This document shows positions 1 through 7,889 of a stretch of DNA of 64,000 nt, piece after piece. Origin of the DNA: an uncultured virus (IMG/VR IMGVR_UViG_3300013093_000039) (Duplodnaviria; Heunggongvirae; Uroviricota; Caudoviricetes); the IMG/VR virus record IMGVR_UViG_3300013093_000039, one strand, 5' to 3'. The notes beneath the pieces were generated by a model. That model had not been told where the DNA came from and did no database searches. It saw only the letters and a list, made by a program, of their open reading frames with translations. Position 1 is the stretch's first letter; each line of letters starts with the position of its first letter. The position numbers were made by a program, and so were the translations under genes.

Positions 1-114
1 TATCGAAAGATAATAACGCCGAGCTAGCAGGTCGAAAGACCGGGCAAGTGTAGAGACTTTACACGGGATACCCAGAACGGGTAAAGACAAAGTCCAAGCA
101 TCGAAAGATGTACG
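1..114 (+). mobile_element. Group I intron, 3' part (truncated by window start), inserted in a tRNA anticodon
   Basis: Core motifs AACGCCGAGC (Q-like), GTGTAGAGACTTT (R) and AAGACAAAGTCC (S), with GACTTT/AAAGTC pairing as P7. GAAA-tetraloop hairpins tatc/gata, ggtc/gacc and catc/gatg (P9). Terminal G114 is followed directly by a tRNA 3' half. Confidence 0.88.
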
Positions 115-156
115 AAAATCTCTCAAGTGTGGGTTCGAATCCCACCGCCACTACCA
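115..156 (+). tRNA. 3' exon of an intron-containing tRNA with anticodon NAA (probably Leu-UAA)
   Basis: AAAA-TCTCT-CAAGT-GTGGG TTCGAAT CCCAC-CGCCACT-A-CCA. The AAAATC exon start matches the classic tRNA-Leu(U^AA) intron site. The 5' exon is outside the window. Confidence 0.8.
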
Positions 157-198
157 TATTTATTTTAATTAAAGCATGCGTCTGCCATAAATAATATT

Positions 199-807
199 AT
201 GAATAGAGAATGCGCTTACGGTTGCGGTCAATACGGGTTTTATAAGATGAATAACCATAAATGGTGTTGTAGCCCTCATTATAATTCTTGTATTGCAATG
301 AAGCAACGCAACACTGAAGGTCTTAAGCGCGCTTATAAAGAAGGTCGTAAGAAAAATCATTTTACTGATGAGCATAGAGCAATTACGATTAAAAATCGTA
401 AAGATACTGTAATTAAAGATCTCTTTACTGAAGCTAATGCAAAATATCGCTCTAATCACTATCTTAAAAAGATTGTACGTGACTTTAATTTGCTACCCTG
501 GAAGTGCTCTTACTGTGGTATTGATAGCTGGCAAGGTAAAGATATTACTTTAGAGCTTGATCATATAGATGGAAGTGCGCATAATTGTAAATTAGAAAAT
601 TTAAGATTACTCTGTCCTAATTGTCATTCCCAAACCGATACCTTTCGAGGTAAAGGTATTAATACAGGTAAGAAAAAAGTTTCAGATGAAGAGCTAAGAG
701 AAAGTATTAGAACATCAAAAAATATTAGACAAGCACTTATTAATGTTGGTCTTTCCCCTAGAGGGGGCAATTACACTAGAGCCTTAAAAATTAAACAATG
801 CAATTAG
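199..807 (+). CDS. Free-standing HNH homing endonuclease
   Basis: CSYCG...LELDHIDG...N.RLLCPNCHSQT motif; TAAATA at 188-193 upstream. Confidence 0.9.
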   Translation: MNRECAYGCGQYGFYKMNNHKWCCSPHYNSCIAMKQRNTEGLKRAYKEGRKKNHFTDEHRAITIKNRKDTVIKDLFTEANAKYRSNHYLKKIVRDFNLLPWKCSYCGIDSWQGKDITLELDHIDGSAHNCKLENLRLLCPNCHSQTDTFRGKGINTGKKKVSDEELRESIRTSKNIRQALINVGLSPRGGNYTRALKIKQCN

Positions 808-974
808 ATCAACAACCAGTATTAAAACAAACATTAAAGTTAAAGCTTGTATATAGCTTATCAGTTGTTATACTAATTGTAGTAACCGCTAGTCTTATTT
901 TTAGTTCACCAATTAAAAACTTTATTCGAACCTATCGACCTATACCGTCATCAATTATTCATCATACTAAATGA
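798..974 (+). CDS. Small membrane protein (58 aa, not in ORF track)
   Basis: MQLDQQ...LVYSLSVVILIVVTASLIFS; fills the gap and overlaps the next gene by ATGA. Confidence 0.55.
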   Translation: MQLDQQPVLKQTLKLKLVYSLSVVILIVVTASLIFSSPIKNFIRTYRPIPSSIIHHTK

Positions 975-1183
975 AAACACCTATTGATTATACTTTTAAC
1001 ATAACATTTAAAGGTAATCGTTATAAGATTGACGTTATCGGTTCTCGTGTATCTATAGAAGGTTACGGTATGTCACTTGTAGAGGTGCAGGGTGAGTATG
1101 AAGTTCTTCGTAGATATATAGAAGATGAAGGATTTATTCAAGAAATTGATAGACAAAAAGGTATTTTAGATCTCTTTAGATAG
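971..1183 (+). CDS. Hypothetical protein
   Basis: 70-aa ORF with ATGA overlap. Confidence 0.65.
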   Translation: MKTPIDYTFNITFKGNRYKIDVIGSRVSIEGYGMSLVEVQGEYEVLRRYIEDEGFIQEIDRQKGILDLFR

Positions 1184-1189
1184 TCTTAT

Positions 1190-1264
1190 GCGTCGTTCGT
1201 TCAACGGATAGGACAGGGCTCTTCTAAAGCCTTAATGGTAGTTCGATTCTACCACGACGCACCA
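1190..1264 (+). tRNA. tRNA-Arg(UCU)
   Basis: GCGTCGT acceptor, GGGCT-CT TCT AA-AGCCT anticodon arm, GTTCGATTC T-loop, encoded CCA. Confidence 0.95.
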
Positions 1265-1272
1265 AAATTTTA

Positions 1273-1345
1273 GGAGTTGTAGCTTAATGGTTAAAGCACT
1301 CGCCTGTCACGCGAGTGAGTGCGGGTTCGAGTCCCGTCAACTCCG
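1273..1345 (+). tRNA. tRNA-Asp(GUC)
   Basis: GGAGTTG/CAACTCC acceptor, CTCGC-CT GTC AC-GCGAG anticodon arm, G73; no encoded CCA; followed by a T-run. Confidence 0.95.
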
Positions 1346-1408
1346 GTTTTTTTGTCTTTTACAGAATAATTTTGTTATATTTACTAAATATATTTTTAAA
1401 AAGAATAT

Positions 1409-1537
1409 ATGCTCCTTCTACGTACAATTATTGAAAATTATTTCAAAATTATAATACAAAAGAAGGACTGTCCTGTTCATATAGGTCCTTGTAAATGTAA
1501 GAAAAAACCTAAAAAGGTTATAACTCGTTTTACTTAG
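1409..1537 (+). CDS. Putative small basic Cys-containing protein (42 aa, not in ORF track)
   Basis: MLLLRTIIENYF...CPVHIGPCKCKKKPKK; TAAATA upstream. Confidence 0.35.
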   Translation: MLLLRTIIENYFKIIIQKKDCPVHIGPCKCKKKPKKVITRFT

Positions 1538-1718
1538 CAGTTTTGCGGCTGTTCTTTTCTTCCTGAATACGCTTACGCTCCTCACGACCATACTTGATGA
1601 TCTCTTGAAGAGCCTTACGAGCGCGAGCCCCAGCTGCATTATTACCTTCGTAAAACTTACCTGCTTCTGAAGCGAAAGTTGATACTAGTTCTGTTAGTGT
1701 GCTTGATGTATTTGGCAT
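1530..1718 (-). CDS. Histone H1-like (Hc1-family) small DNA-binding protein
   Basis: KFYEGNNAAGARARKALQEI motif typical of Hc1-like proteins. Confidence 0.7.
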   Translation of the reverse strand: MPNTSSTLTELVSTFASEAGKFYEGNNAAGARARKALQEIIKYGREERKRIQEEKNSRKTAK

Positions 1719-1726
1719 AATAATAG

Positions 1727-1746
1727 TACTTAGCTAAGTATAAATA
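1727..1746. promoter_or_regulatory. Back-to-back late-promoter-like elements
   Basis: Perfect palindrome TACTTAGCTAAGTA (TAAGTA on each strand) followed by TAAATA, between divergent genes. Confidence 0.55.
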
Positions 1747-1759
1747 ATATATCCACTAT

Positions 1760-2086
1760 ATGACATTTGATGAGGTATATGAATCCTATTGCTTAATGTT
1801 AGAACAACCCCATATTACTATTGGTAATAAGGATTTTGACTTAGAAGTAGAAGAATATAAAAATAATTTGAAAGGACTTGTTACAAGATTACGTAATGTT
1901 CTAAACTTAATACCGGTACCTAATTCTATAAAACCTAATAGATCTCATGACAATTTTGTATTTGATAGTAAAGAAGAAGCTGATAAATATTGGAGAGAAT
2001 TAACAAGTAGTTTTATATTTCAAAATATGATAAAGTTTTTGTATCAAATAAGTGTTGATGATTTAGCTAAAATGGTAGGTAAATAG
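1760..2086 (+). CDS. Hypothetical protein, possible head-internal protein
   Basis: N-terminus MTFDEVYESYCLMLE; TAAATA upstream. Confidence 0.65.
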   Translation: MTFDEVYESYCLMLEQPHITIGNKDFDLEVEEYKNNLKGLVTRLRNVLNLIPVPNSIKPNRSHDNFVFDSKEEADKYWRELTSSFIFQNMIKFLYQISVDDLAKMVGK

Positions 2087-2123
2087 TTGTAATTTTTAAA
2101 CAAGCGTATATTATATATATATA

Positions 2124-2291
2124 ATGAATCAAAAAGAAGATGAACCTACTGCAGAAGAAATTCGTAATGCAGTTATTCATTCATTAAAGTATCTTATGGA
2201 AGAAGGAATGATAGTAAAAGAAGATGAAAAATATCGTCTTAAAACTCAAGAAGAGATAGATAAAGAAATTAGTGATATTTTAAACAATTAA
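2124..2291 (+). CDS. Small hypothetical protein (55 aa, not in ORF track)
   Basis: MNQKEDEPTAEEIRNAVIHSLKYLMEEGMIVKEDEKYRL; TAATG overlap with the next gene. Confidence 0.65.
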   Translation: MNQKEDEPTAEEIRNAVIHSLKYLMEEGMIVKEDEKYRLKTQEEIDKEISDILNN

Positions 2292-2515
2292 TGAGCGATA
2301 TTACTAGGTTTATATACAAAGAAACTGACGATAGTAGTCAATTTTTTGCTGACTTTGAAAATTACGAAACCGGTGTTGTCAACACACAAGGTTTTGAAGA
2401 TGGAGATGTAGCTCTTTTTACTTGGGAAGGTAAAAAATATAGAGGTACTCTTCGCCAGCAAGGTGATGGTTCAAACGGTTTGTTTGAAGTAACAAATATA
2501 AAAGAAAGAGTTTAA
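2291..2515 (+). CDS. Hypothetical protein
   Basis: 74-aa ORF, translationally coupled to the previous gene. Confidence 0.65.
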   Translation: MSDITRFIYKETDDSSQFFADFENYETGVVNTQGFEDGDVALFTWEGKKYRGTLRQQGDGSNGLFEVTNIKERV

Positions 2516-2703
2516 AAACGAATAACTATAGCGTTATCTAACCCTGGAGGTTTTTGAGGTGTTATACGGTGATCCTCAATATTAACTATACCTCGAAGCT
2601 CTATATTTTTATATCCTAGATAAGTTGTATTTGTCTCATCTTTGTGTAAAGTAAAACACCCTCCTAAAAATAAGGTTGATATAATACAAATACACTTTAA
2701 CAT
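2512..2703 (-). CDS. Putative small lipoprotein
   Basis: Hydrophobic N-terminus ending in lipobox-like LGGC. Confidence 0.5.
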   Translation of the reverse strand: MLKCICIISTLFLGGCFTLHKDETNTTYLGYKNIELRGIVNIEDHRITPQKPPGLDNAIVIRF

Positions 2704-2716
2704 CTTTATATAAATT

Positions 2717-3865
2717 ATGTCTAAAAAAGAAAAGAAATCTACTAGTGTTACGACTCATATCTTACCTAAAGGTGACAAATATTTTGAGTCCTCTCAAAGT
2801 CAAAATCATTTTCCTATAGGTGTTTATTTTATGAACAAATACGGTACGGCAGCTTCTTGTTTAGATACAGAAAGAGAAGTGTCCCAGGATATTATTCCGT
2901 ATCTAGATAAGCACGGTGAACTTATTTTAGACTACACTAGTCTTCCTTCTAATAAGCCCTCAATGTCAGTGTACGAGCATGGTTATTTTCAAGATGAATC
3001 TGAAGCTTCTAGTACAAAATATTACGCTTATAAAGATACAATTATTAATTTAAGAACAGTTTCATCAAGAAAACTTAAAAAAGAAAAAAATAACTACACT
3101 ATTAATATTTCCTATAAGCCTGGAGCGAATCCTTATATTGAGGATTTTGAAAAGTTTTTTGTTAATGAAGATATTAAAAATGTAATTTACACTATTATGA
3201 AAGATGAACACGGAGGTGTTCGTTTTGACCCGTTTGAAGTAGCGATTCCGGAAAATTATGATATTAATGAATGCTATGAACCAGAGTTTAAACCGGTACA
3301 TGAAAAAATTGTAGAGAATCTCAATAAGAATGAATCTGGACTTTATCTTTTTCACGGAGATCCCGGAACTGGTAAAACAACGTATATCAAATATTTGTCA
3401 TCATTAGTAAAAAGAGATTTAATCTACGTACCTACGAGTTTTGTAGATTTTATTGCAGATCCTTCATTTTTACCTGCTTTGCTTCATAAAAAGCATTCCG
3501 TACTAGTTATTGAAGATGCTGAAAAAGCTCTACTAGCTCGAGAGCCTGGAGACGCCTCCTCTATTGTTTCTACTATTCTTAATATTACTGACGGAATTAT
3601 GGCAAACGTGTTTAATATTGCTGTAATCGCTACGTATAATTCAGCACGTCAAGCAGTTGATAAGGCTCTTCTCCGTAAAGGAAGATTAAAAGGAGAATAT
3701 CGTTTTGATAAACTTACTATCCCTACGGCACAGAAGATTATGGATAAAATTAAACCTGGATATGAAGTAACTGAAGAAATGTCCCTGGCTGATATCTATA
3801 ATATAGACGTAGAAAACTGTGATTCTAAAGATCTTAATCAAGAAAAAAGGATGGGCTTTAGATAA
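2717..3865 (+). CDS. AAA+ ATPase (BCS1/ATAD-like)
   Basis: Walker A GDPGTGKT, Walker B VLVIEDAE, SRH DKALLRKGR, C-terminal MGF. Confidence 0.88.
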   Translation: MSKKEKKSTSVTTHILPKGDKYFESSQSQNHFPIGVYFMNKYGTAASCLDTEREVSQDIIPYLDKHGELILDYTSLPSNKPSMSVYEHGYFQDESEASSTKYYAYKDTIINLRTVSSRKLKKEKNNYTINISYKPGANPYIEDFEKFFVNEDIKNVIYTIMKDEHGGVRFDPFEVAIPENYDINECYEPEFKPVHEKIVENLNKNESGLYLFHGDPGTGKTTYIKYLSSLVKRDLIYVPTSFVDFIADPSFLPALLHKKHSVLVIEDAEKALLAREPGDASSIVSTILNITDGIMANVFNIAVIATYNSARQAVDKALLRKGRLKGEYRFDKLTIPTAQKIMDKIKPGYEVTEEMSLADIYNIDVENCDSKDLNQEKRMGFR

Positions 3866-3907
3866 TCAGTTGCATTCATAAAATCTGCTGCTAATATTAA
3901 ACACGTT

Positions 3908-4141
3908 ATGAGAAACACAACAACAACAGTAAAGAATATCGGTGATATTGCCGATTTTAGCGTTCCAGCTATGGCTCCTCGTATGATCAAGGAGACCATT
4001 ATTGAGAACTATCTTAACCCTTCAAAGTTCGAGTTTCTCGGCTTTGTTGATCGTTCTAACGATGTCATTCTTCGTGAGCGTTTTTATAACGTTCGTGATA
4101 GCAAGGGTCGTTTTGCACGTATTAAGGGAAACCGCCGCTAA
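3908..4141 (+). CDS. Hypothetical protein
   Basis: ORF with its own TTGCAT-N16-TAATAT promoter and a terminator; C-terminal RDSKGRF. Confidence 0.75.
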   Translation: MRNTTTTVKNIGDIADFSVPAMAPRMIKETIIENYLNPSKFEFLGFVDRSNDVILRERFYNVRDSKGRFARIKGNRR

Positions 4142-4162
4142 TTTATATTAGCTTTTAAGAAG

Positions 4163-4194
4163 ACGGCCGATTGTAAAAGATCGGCCGTTTTTTT
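4163..4194 (+). terminator. Rho-independent terminator
   Basis: ACGGCCGAT-loop-ATCGGCCGT followed by a T-run. Confidence 0.85.
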
Positions 4195-4372
4195 ATTCTA
4201 AAATACTGTCAATAATAGAATCAAAAGATTCTTTTTTAAGAAAATCTTTGATAGTCTTTTCAGACATTTCTTTAGCTGCTTTTTTAGCAGCGCCTGTTAC
4301 ACCCTTTTTACCTTTTTTAGCACCCATTACGGCACCAAAGAATTTACGCTGTTTTTCTGATTTTGCTGGCAT
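4193..4372 (-). CDS. DUF3008-like small basic protein (59 aa, not in ORF track)
   Basis: MPAKSEKQRKFFGAVMGAKKG...AAKEMSEKTIKDF; TAAATA on the minus strand at 4379-4384. Confidence 0.75.
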   Translation of the reverse strand: MPAKSEKQRKFFGAVMGAKKGKKGVTGAAKKAAKEMSEKTIKDFLKKESFDSIIDSILE

Positions 4373-4405
4373 ATTATATATTTATTAATAAACTCATAAA
4401 ACATC

Positions 4406-5005
4406 ATGGTAACAAAGAAAAAAGTTAAACCAACAAAAAAAATAGTTAAACCTGTAAAGGTAAAAGCTGTTAAAATTAAACCTGTAAAGGTTTTTAAGAA
4501 ACCTCGTCGTCCTGTAGCAGTATGTATTCTTACCGGTCAAACATTTAAGGTAAGTACAGCAATGCTTGAGCGTCAAGCTAAGAAATATAAATTTCCTTCC
4601 GTTCAAGACTATCTCCAATATTACGTTTGTAAGGACGCTATTAAATCACTTAAGGAAGGATACACGGAAATAGAAATTCGTAATAAACATAACTGTAAGG
4701 ATAAAACAGATCTTCCTATGAAGTTTCTTAAAGGTTATGCTCCAAAGATTAAAGATCGTGCGAGAGTTAAAAGAAGAGAGCAAAGAAAAGCTACTATTGA
4801 TTTTATTAATGATCCTACCCCTGGTAAGTATATTCTTAAGCCTAAAGAGGAAGCTAAATTTTTAGATATGAAAAACCCTGAACATGTTCGTTCATTGACA
4901 CATTTTTCCTGTGCCAGACCTCAACTCTTTCTTAATAATGATAGAACTTGTAACGCGTGTGATATATACAAATTGTGTTGCTGCCCTATTAGGAGGCGCA
5001 AGTAA
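4406..5005 (+). CDS. Basic hypothetical protein with C-terminal Cys cluster
   Basis: K/V/P-rich N-terminus; CARP...CNAC...CCC. Confidence 0.75.
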   Translation: MVTKKKVKPTKKIVKPVKVKAVKIKPVKVFKKPRRPVAVCILTGQTFKVSTAMLERQAKKYKFPSVQDYLQYYVCKDAIKSLKEGYTEIEIRNKHNCKDKTDLPMKFLKGYAPKIKDRARVKRREQRKATIDFINDPTPGKYILKPKEEAKFLDMKNPEHVRSLTHFSCARPQLFLNNDRTCNACDIYKLCCCPIRRRK

Positions 5006-5865
5006 TGCTTAATAAATTACCAGAATTAAGAGTATTCAATTGTATAACGTTTATAAGTTCTACTCACAAGTACCTTATTAATAATGCCCCTGGTGCCCCG
5101 CTATCAGTAACCGGTCTTCTTGGTCTTTACAAAGAGAAGTTTGATAAGGAAAAATGGGCAGGTATTACTGCTAAGAAACAAGGTACTACATCGGATGTTA
5201 TTCGTAGTATGTGGGATTTAAACACCTTGTACTCTACTACAAAGGGAACAATGCTTCATAACTATATTGAAAACTATTACAATAATAAAGTTATTCAGTA
5301 TAATAGAGAACAAGTAGAAAAAGAATTAGGTACAGATGAACATCTTAAACTAAGAGAAGAGATTCAAGTTCTTATTAAACAGTTTAATAATTTTTATAAT
5401 GATCATCCTCATATTCTTCCGGTAAAGAGTGAATTCCCTGTTGGTGATATTAAGGACTCTAAAATTTGTGGTATGTTGGATATGCTTGCATACAATACAA
5501 GTGATAATACGTACGAAATTTACGATTATAAGACTAATAAAGATATTAAACGTACTAATAATTATAACAAATATATGCTTTCACCTTTAGAGCATTTATT
5601 TGAATGTGAACATAGTACTTATAGTTTGCAGTTAAGTATCTACAAATATTTTATTGAAAAATATACCTCAATAGAAATTAATAAACTGAATGTTATTTGG
5701 TTTAATCAGAAAAATGAAAATTACGAAATTATTAATTTACCGTTTTTAAAAGAAGAAGTTGAGCTTGTTATTAACGATTTTTTAGTCAATAAACTTAATA
5801 AGATTAAAGTAAATAAAGAGACTGCTGATATAAAAAAGAGGGAAGCAGAAGAAGCTGCCAAATAA
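5005..5865 (+). CDS. PD-(D/E)XK nuclease (exonuclease-like)
   Basis: GTMLH, GMLD, IYDYKT and YSLQLSIY motifs. Confidence 0.85.
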   Translation: MLNKLPELRVFNCITFISSTHKYLINNAPGAPLSVTGLLGLYKEKFDKEKWAGITAKKQGTTSDVIRSMWDLNTLYSTTKGTMLHNYIENYYNNKVIQYNREQVEKELGTDEHLKLREEIQVLIKQFNNFYNDHPHILPVKSEFPVGDIKDSKICGMLDMLAYNTSDNTYEIYDYKTNKDIKRTNNYNKYMLSPLEHLFECEHSTYSLQLSIYKYFIEKYTSIEINKLNVIWFNQKNENYEIINLPFLKEEVELVINDFLVNKLNKIKVNKETADIKKREAEEAAK

Positions 5866-6138
5866 AATACTGAATATTACGCTTAACCACAAAGATAAAC
5901 ATAGTGGACAAGTTACTAGTTTAAGTAAGAACAATTTAAACTTATTTTTCACACTATTCTTATAGGTAACGTATAAAAACTGAGGAAAGCTTATACTAGT
6001 ACTATAATTAAAGTTTTTAACTGTCTGTGTAAAAACGTTAAAAAGCTTACAATAATCAATAAAAGCATCTGTTTTAAACCAGAGTATAAGAATAGTTACT
6101 ATAAACGAAATAATACTAAAGAAATATAACATATTCAC
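5782..6138 (-). CDS. Membrane protein with CPLC motif
   Basis: Hydrophobic segments; LVTCPLCLSLW. Confidence 0.6.
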   Translation of the reverse strand: MNMLYFFSIISFIVTILILWFKTDAFIDYCKLFNVFTQTVKNFNYSTSISFPQFLYVTYKNSVKNKFKLFLLKLVTCPLCLSLWLSVIFSILFGSFFCFPLFYISSLFIYFNLIKFID

Positions 6139-6162
6139 ATAAATATATTATACTAACTACTT

Positions 6163-6633
6163 ATGAAATTCGACTTACTCTTTAATCAGGTATTTTTAAC
6201 CGAAGATGCTGAAGAATACATTCACGGTCATGATGGAAATACACCTGAAGTCCCTGCTGTTCACGATAATGCAAACGTAGAACCTACTGGTGAAACACCT
6301 GATGGTGTTGCAACACCTAGTAATTACGACGTTGAACCTGGTCCGGTTGGAGGAAGTAATGGTGATGCTGGGTCTATTAAAGAACAGATTAGAAAGCTTG
6401 ACGACTTCGCTGAAGCTTTAAATGGTGTTGAAGGCAATTCTCTTCAGCAGTTAGTTAATGATATGGATAGACCTGGAAGTTTATTTCAAGGTATTTCTAG
6501 AGAAACATCTTCTGAAATTATTCGTATTGCTGGTCAAGTTGCCGAATTGTCTGAAATCTTGAAGGGATTTGTTATTAACTCCGCCAAGCGTTCTAGAGAT
6601 ATTGCTGCAGGTGCTGCTGGTAATCAGCGATAA
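6163..6633 (+). CDS. Acidic hypothetical protein, possible head-internal protein
   Basis: MKFDLLFNQVFLTE N-terminus; TAAATA at 6140. Confidence 0.75.
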   Translation: MKFDLLFNQVFLTEDAEEYIHGHDGNTPEVPAVHDNANVEPTGETPDGVATPSNYDVEPGPVGGSNGDAGSIKEQIRKLDDFAEALNGVEGNSLQQLVNDMDRPGSLFQGISRETSSEIIRIAGQVAELSEILKGFVINSAKRSRDIAAGAAGNQR

Positions 6634-6651
6634 AGAGTATATAATAAAGAG

Positions 6652-7662
6652 GTGGAAGGACTACCTCAAGATTACGTAATTCAAAATCTGTATAGCTTTT
6701 GTAAGCGTCCAGTTTACAAAAAGTTTCAAGGTACCTATAATGCTGAATGTTGTATTTGTCATGAAGGTTCGTCAGCAGGTAATAAGAGAAGATTATTTTA
6801 CTTTCCTTCTGAGCGTTATTTTTATTGCTTTAATTGTTCTCGTTCTTGGTCAGAATTAAATTGGATTCAAGAGGTTACTGGTAAAAGTTATCATGAAGTG
6901 TTAAAGGATTCTAAATCATATGACAATGCTGTAAATTTAGTAACTATGTTATCGGCTGTCGATGATAAAAAAGAATATAACATTCCAAGTATCCCAGAAG
7001 ATAGTGTAGACTTAACAGATAATAATCAATGTGATTATTACAAAGGGACAACTCAGTATAAAATACTATCTAAAGCATTAGAATGCTGTAATAAGAGAAA
7101 ATTATTTACAGCTATTAATCGTCCGTCAAGTCTTTATATTTCGTTCTCTGATTACGTTCATAAGAATCGTCTTATTATACCATTTTACTCAGATAGTAAT
7201 AAAATTGAATCTTACCAAAGTAGAAGTTTAAACGGAGATGATTACCCAAAGTATCTTACTAAATTAGGAGATAAGTGTCTGTATGGAGAAAATAATATAG
7301 ATTTATCTATACCGTACATATTTGTATTTGAAGGACCAATTGATGCTATGTTTGTAAGGAACGGTGTAGCAATTGGTGGTTCTACATTAACAGAGAAACA
7401 AGAAACATTTTTAAATAAATGCTTCGGTCAAGAAATTATTTACGTTTACGATAACGATAAAGATAATAAAGAAATGGATAAGAAGATAAAAAGCCTTATC
7501 GATAAAAACAAAAAAGTATTTATATGGCCTAAAGAATTACAGAAGTTTAAAGATATTAACGAAATATGCTGTCAATTAGACGTTAATGAATTTCCGTATA
7601 ACTTTATTGTTAATAATTCGTTTTCCGGTATTGAAGCTAGAATGAAGTTTAAAGCGCTCTAA
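6652..7662 (+). CDS. gp61: DNA primase (T4 gp61-like)
   Basis: Zn finger CCIC...YCFNC, TOPRIM VFEGPIDAMF and YDNDKD. Confidence 0.93.
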   Translation: MEGLPQDYVIQNLYSFCKRPVYKKFQGTYNAECCICHEGSSAGNKRRLFYFPSERYFYCFNCSRSWSELNWIQEVTGKSYHEVLKDSKSYDNAVNLVTMLSAVDDKKEYNIPSIPEDSVDLTDNNQCDYYKGTTQYKILSKALECCNKRKLFTAINRPSSLYISFSDYVHKNRLIIPFYSDSNKIESYQSRSLNGDDYPKYLTKLGDKCLYGENNIDLSIPYIFVFEGPIDAMFVRNGVAIGGSTLTEKQETFLNKCFGQEIIYVYDNDKDNKEMDKKIKSLIDKNKKVFIWPKELQKFKDINEICCQLDVNEFPYNFIVNNSFSGIEARMKFKAL

Positions 7663-7885
7663 TACAAAAATTAACAGCTTTTAAAAACTTATCTCTATAA
7701 TTTCTAATAGGTTGAGGAGTTTCAACTTCATTTTCTTTTAAAGTTTGAAGACGAGAAAATTCTTTTTTTAATGCTGTTTGAAACTCTTCACTAAATTGAA
7801 TTTGTTTAGGGTAATGAACCCTAGTAACAAACTTCATTGTTTGCGGATAAAAACTTTCTACTATTGTATCAAATTTATTATTCAT
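7649..7885 (-). CDS. Hypothetical protein
   Basis: MNNKFDTIVES N-terminus. Confidence 0.65.
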   Translation of the reverse strand: MNNKFDTIVESFYPQTMKFVTRVHYPKQIQFSEEFQTALKKEFSRLQTLKENEVETPQPIRNYRDKFLKAVNFCIRAL

Positions 7886-7889
7886 ATTA

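Noticed and set aside
808..970. Possible ncRNA in the apparent gap after the HNH gene
   Set aside because: Better explained by a 58-codon membrane-protein ORF (798-974) with overlaps at both ends
5005..5865. Nuclease as Cas4 of a CRISPR system
   Set aside because: No Fe-S cysteine set, no array and no other cas genes; it is a generic PD-(D/E)XK nuclease
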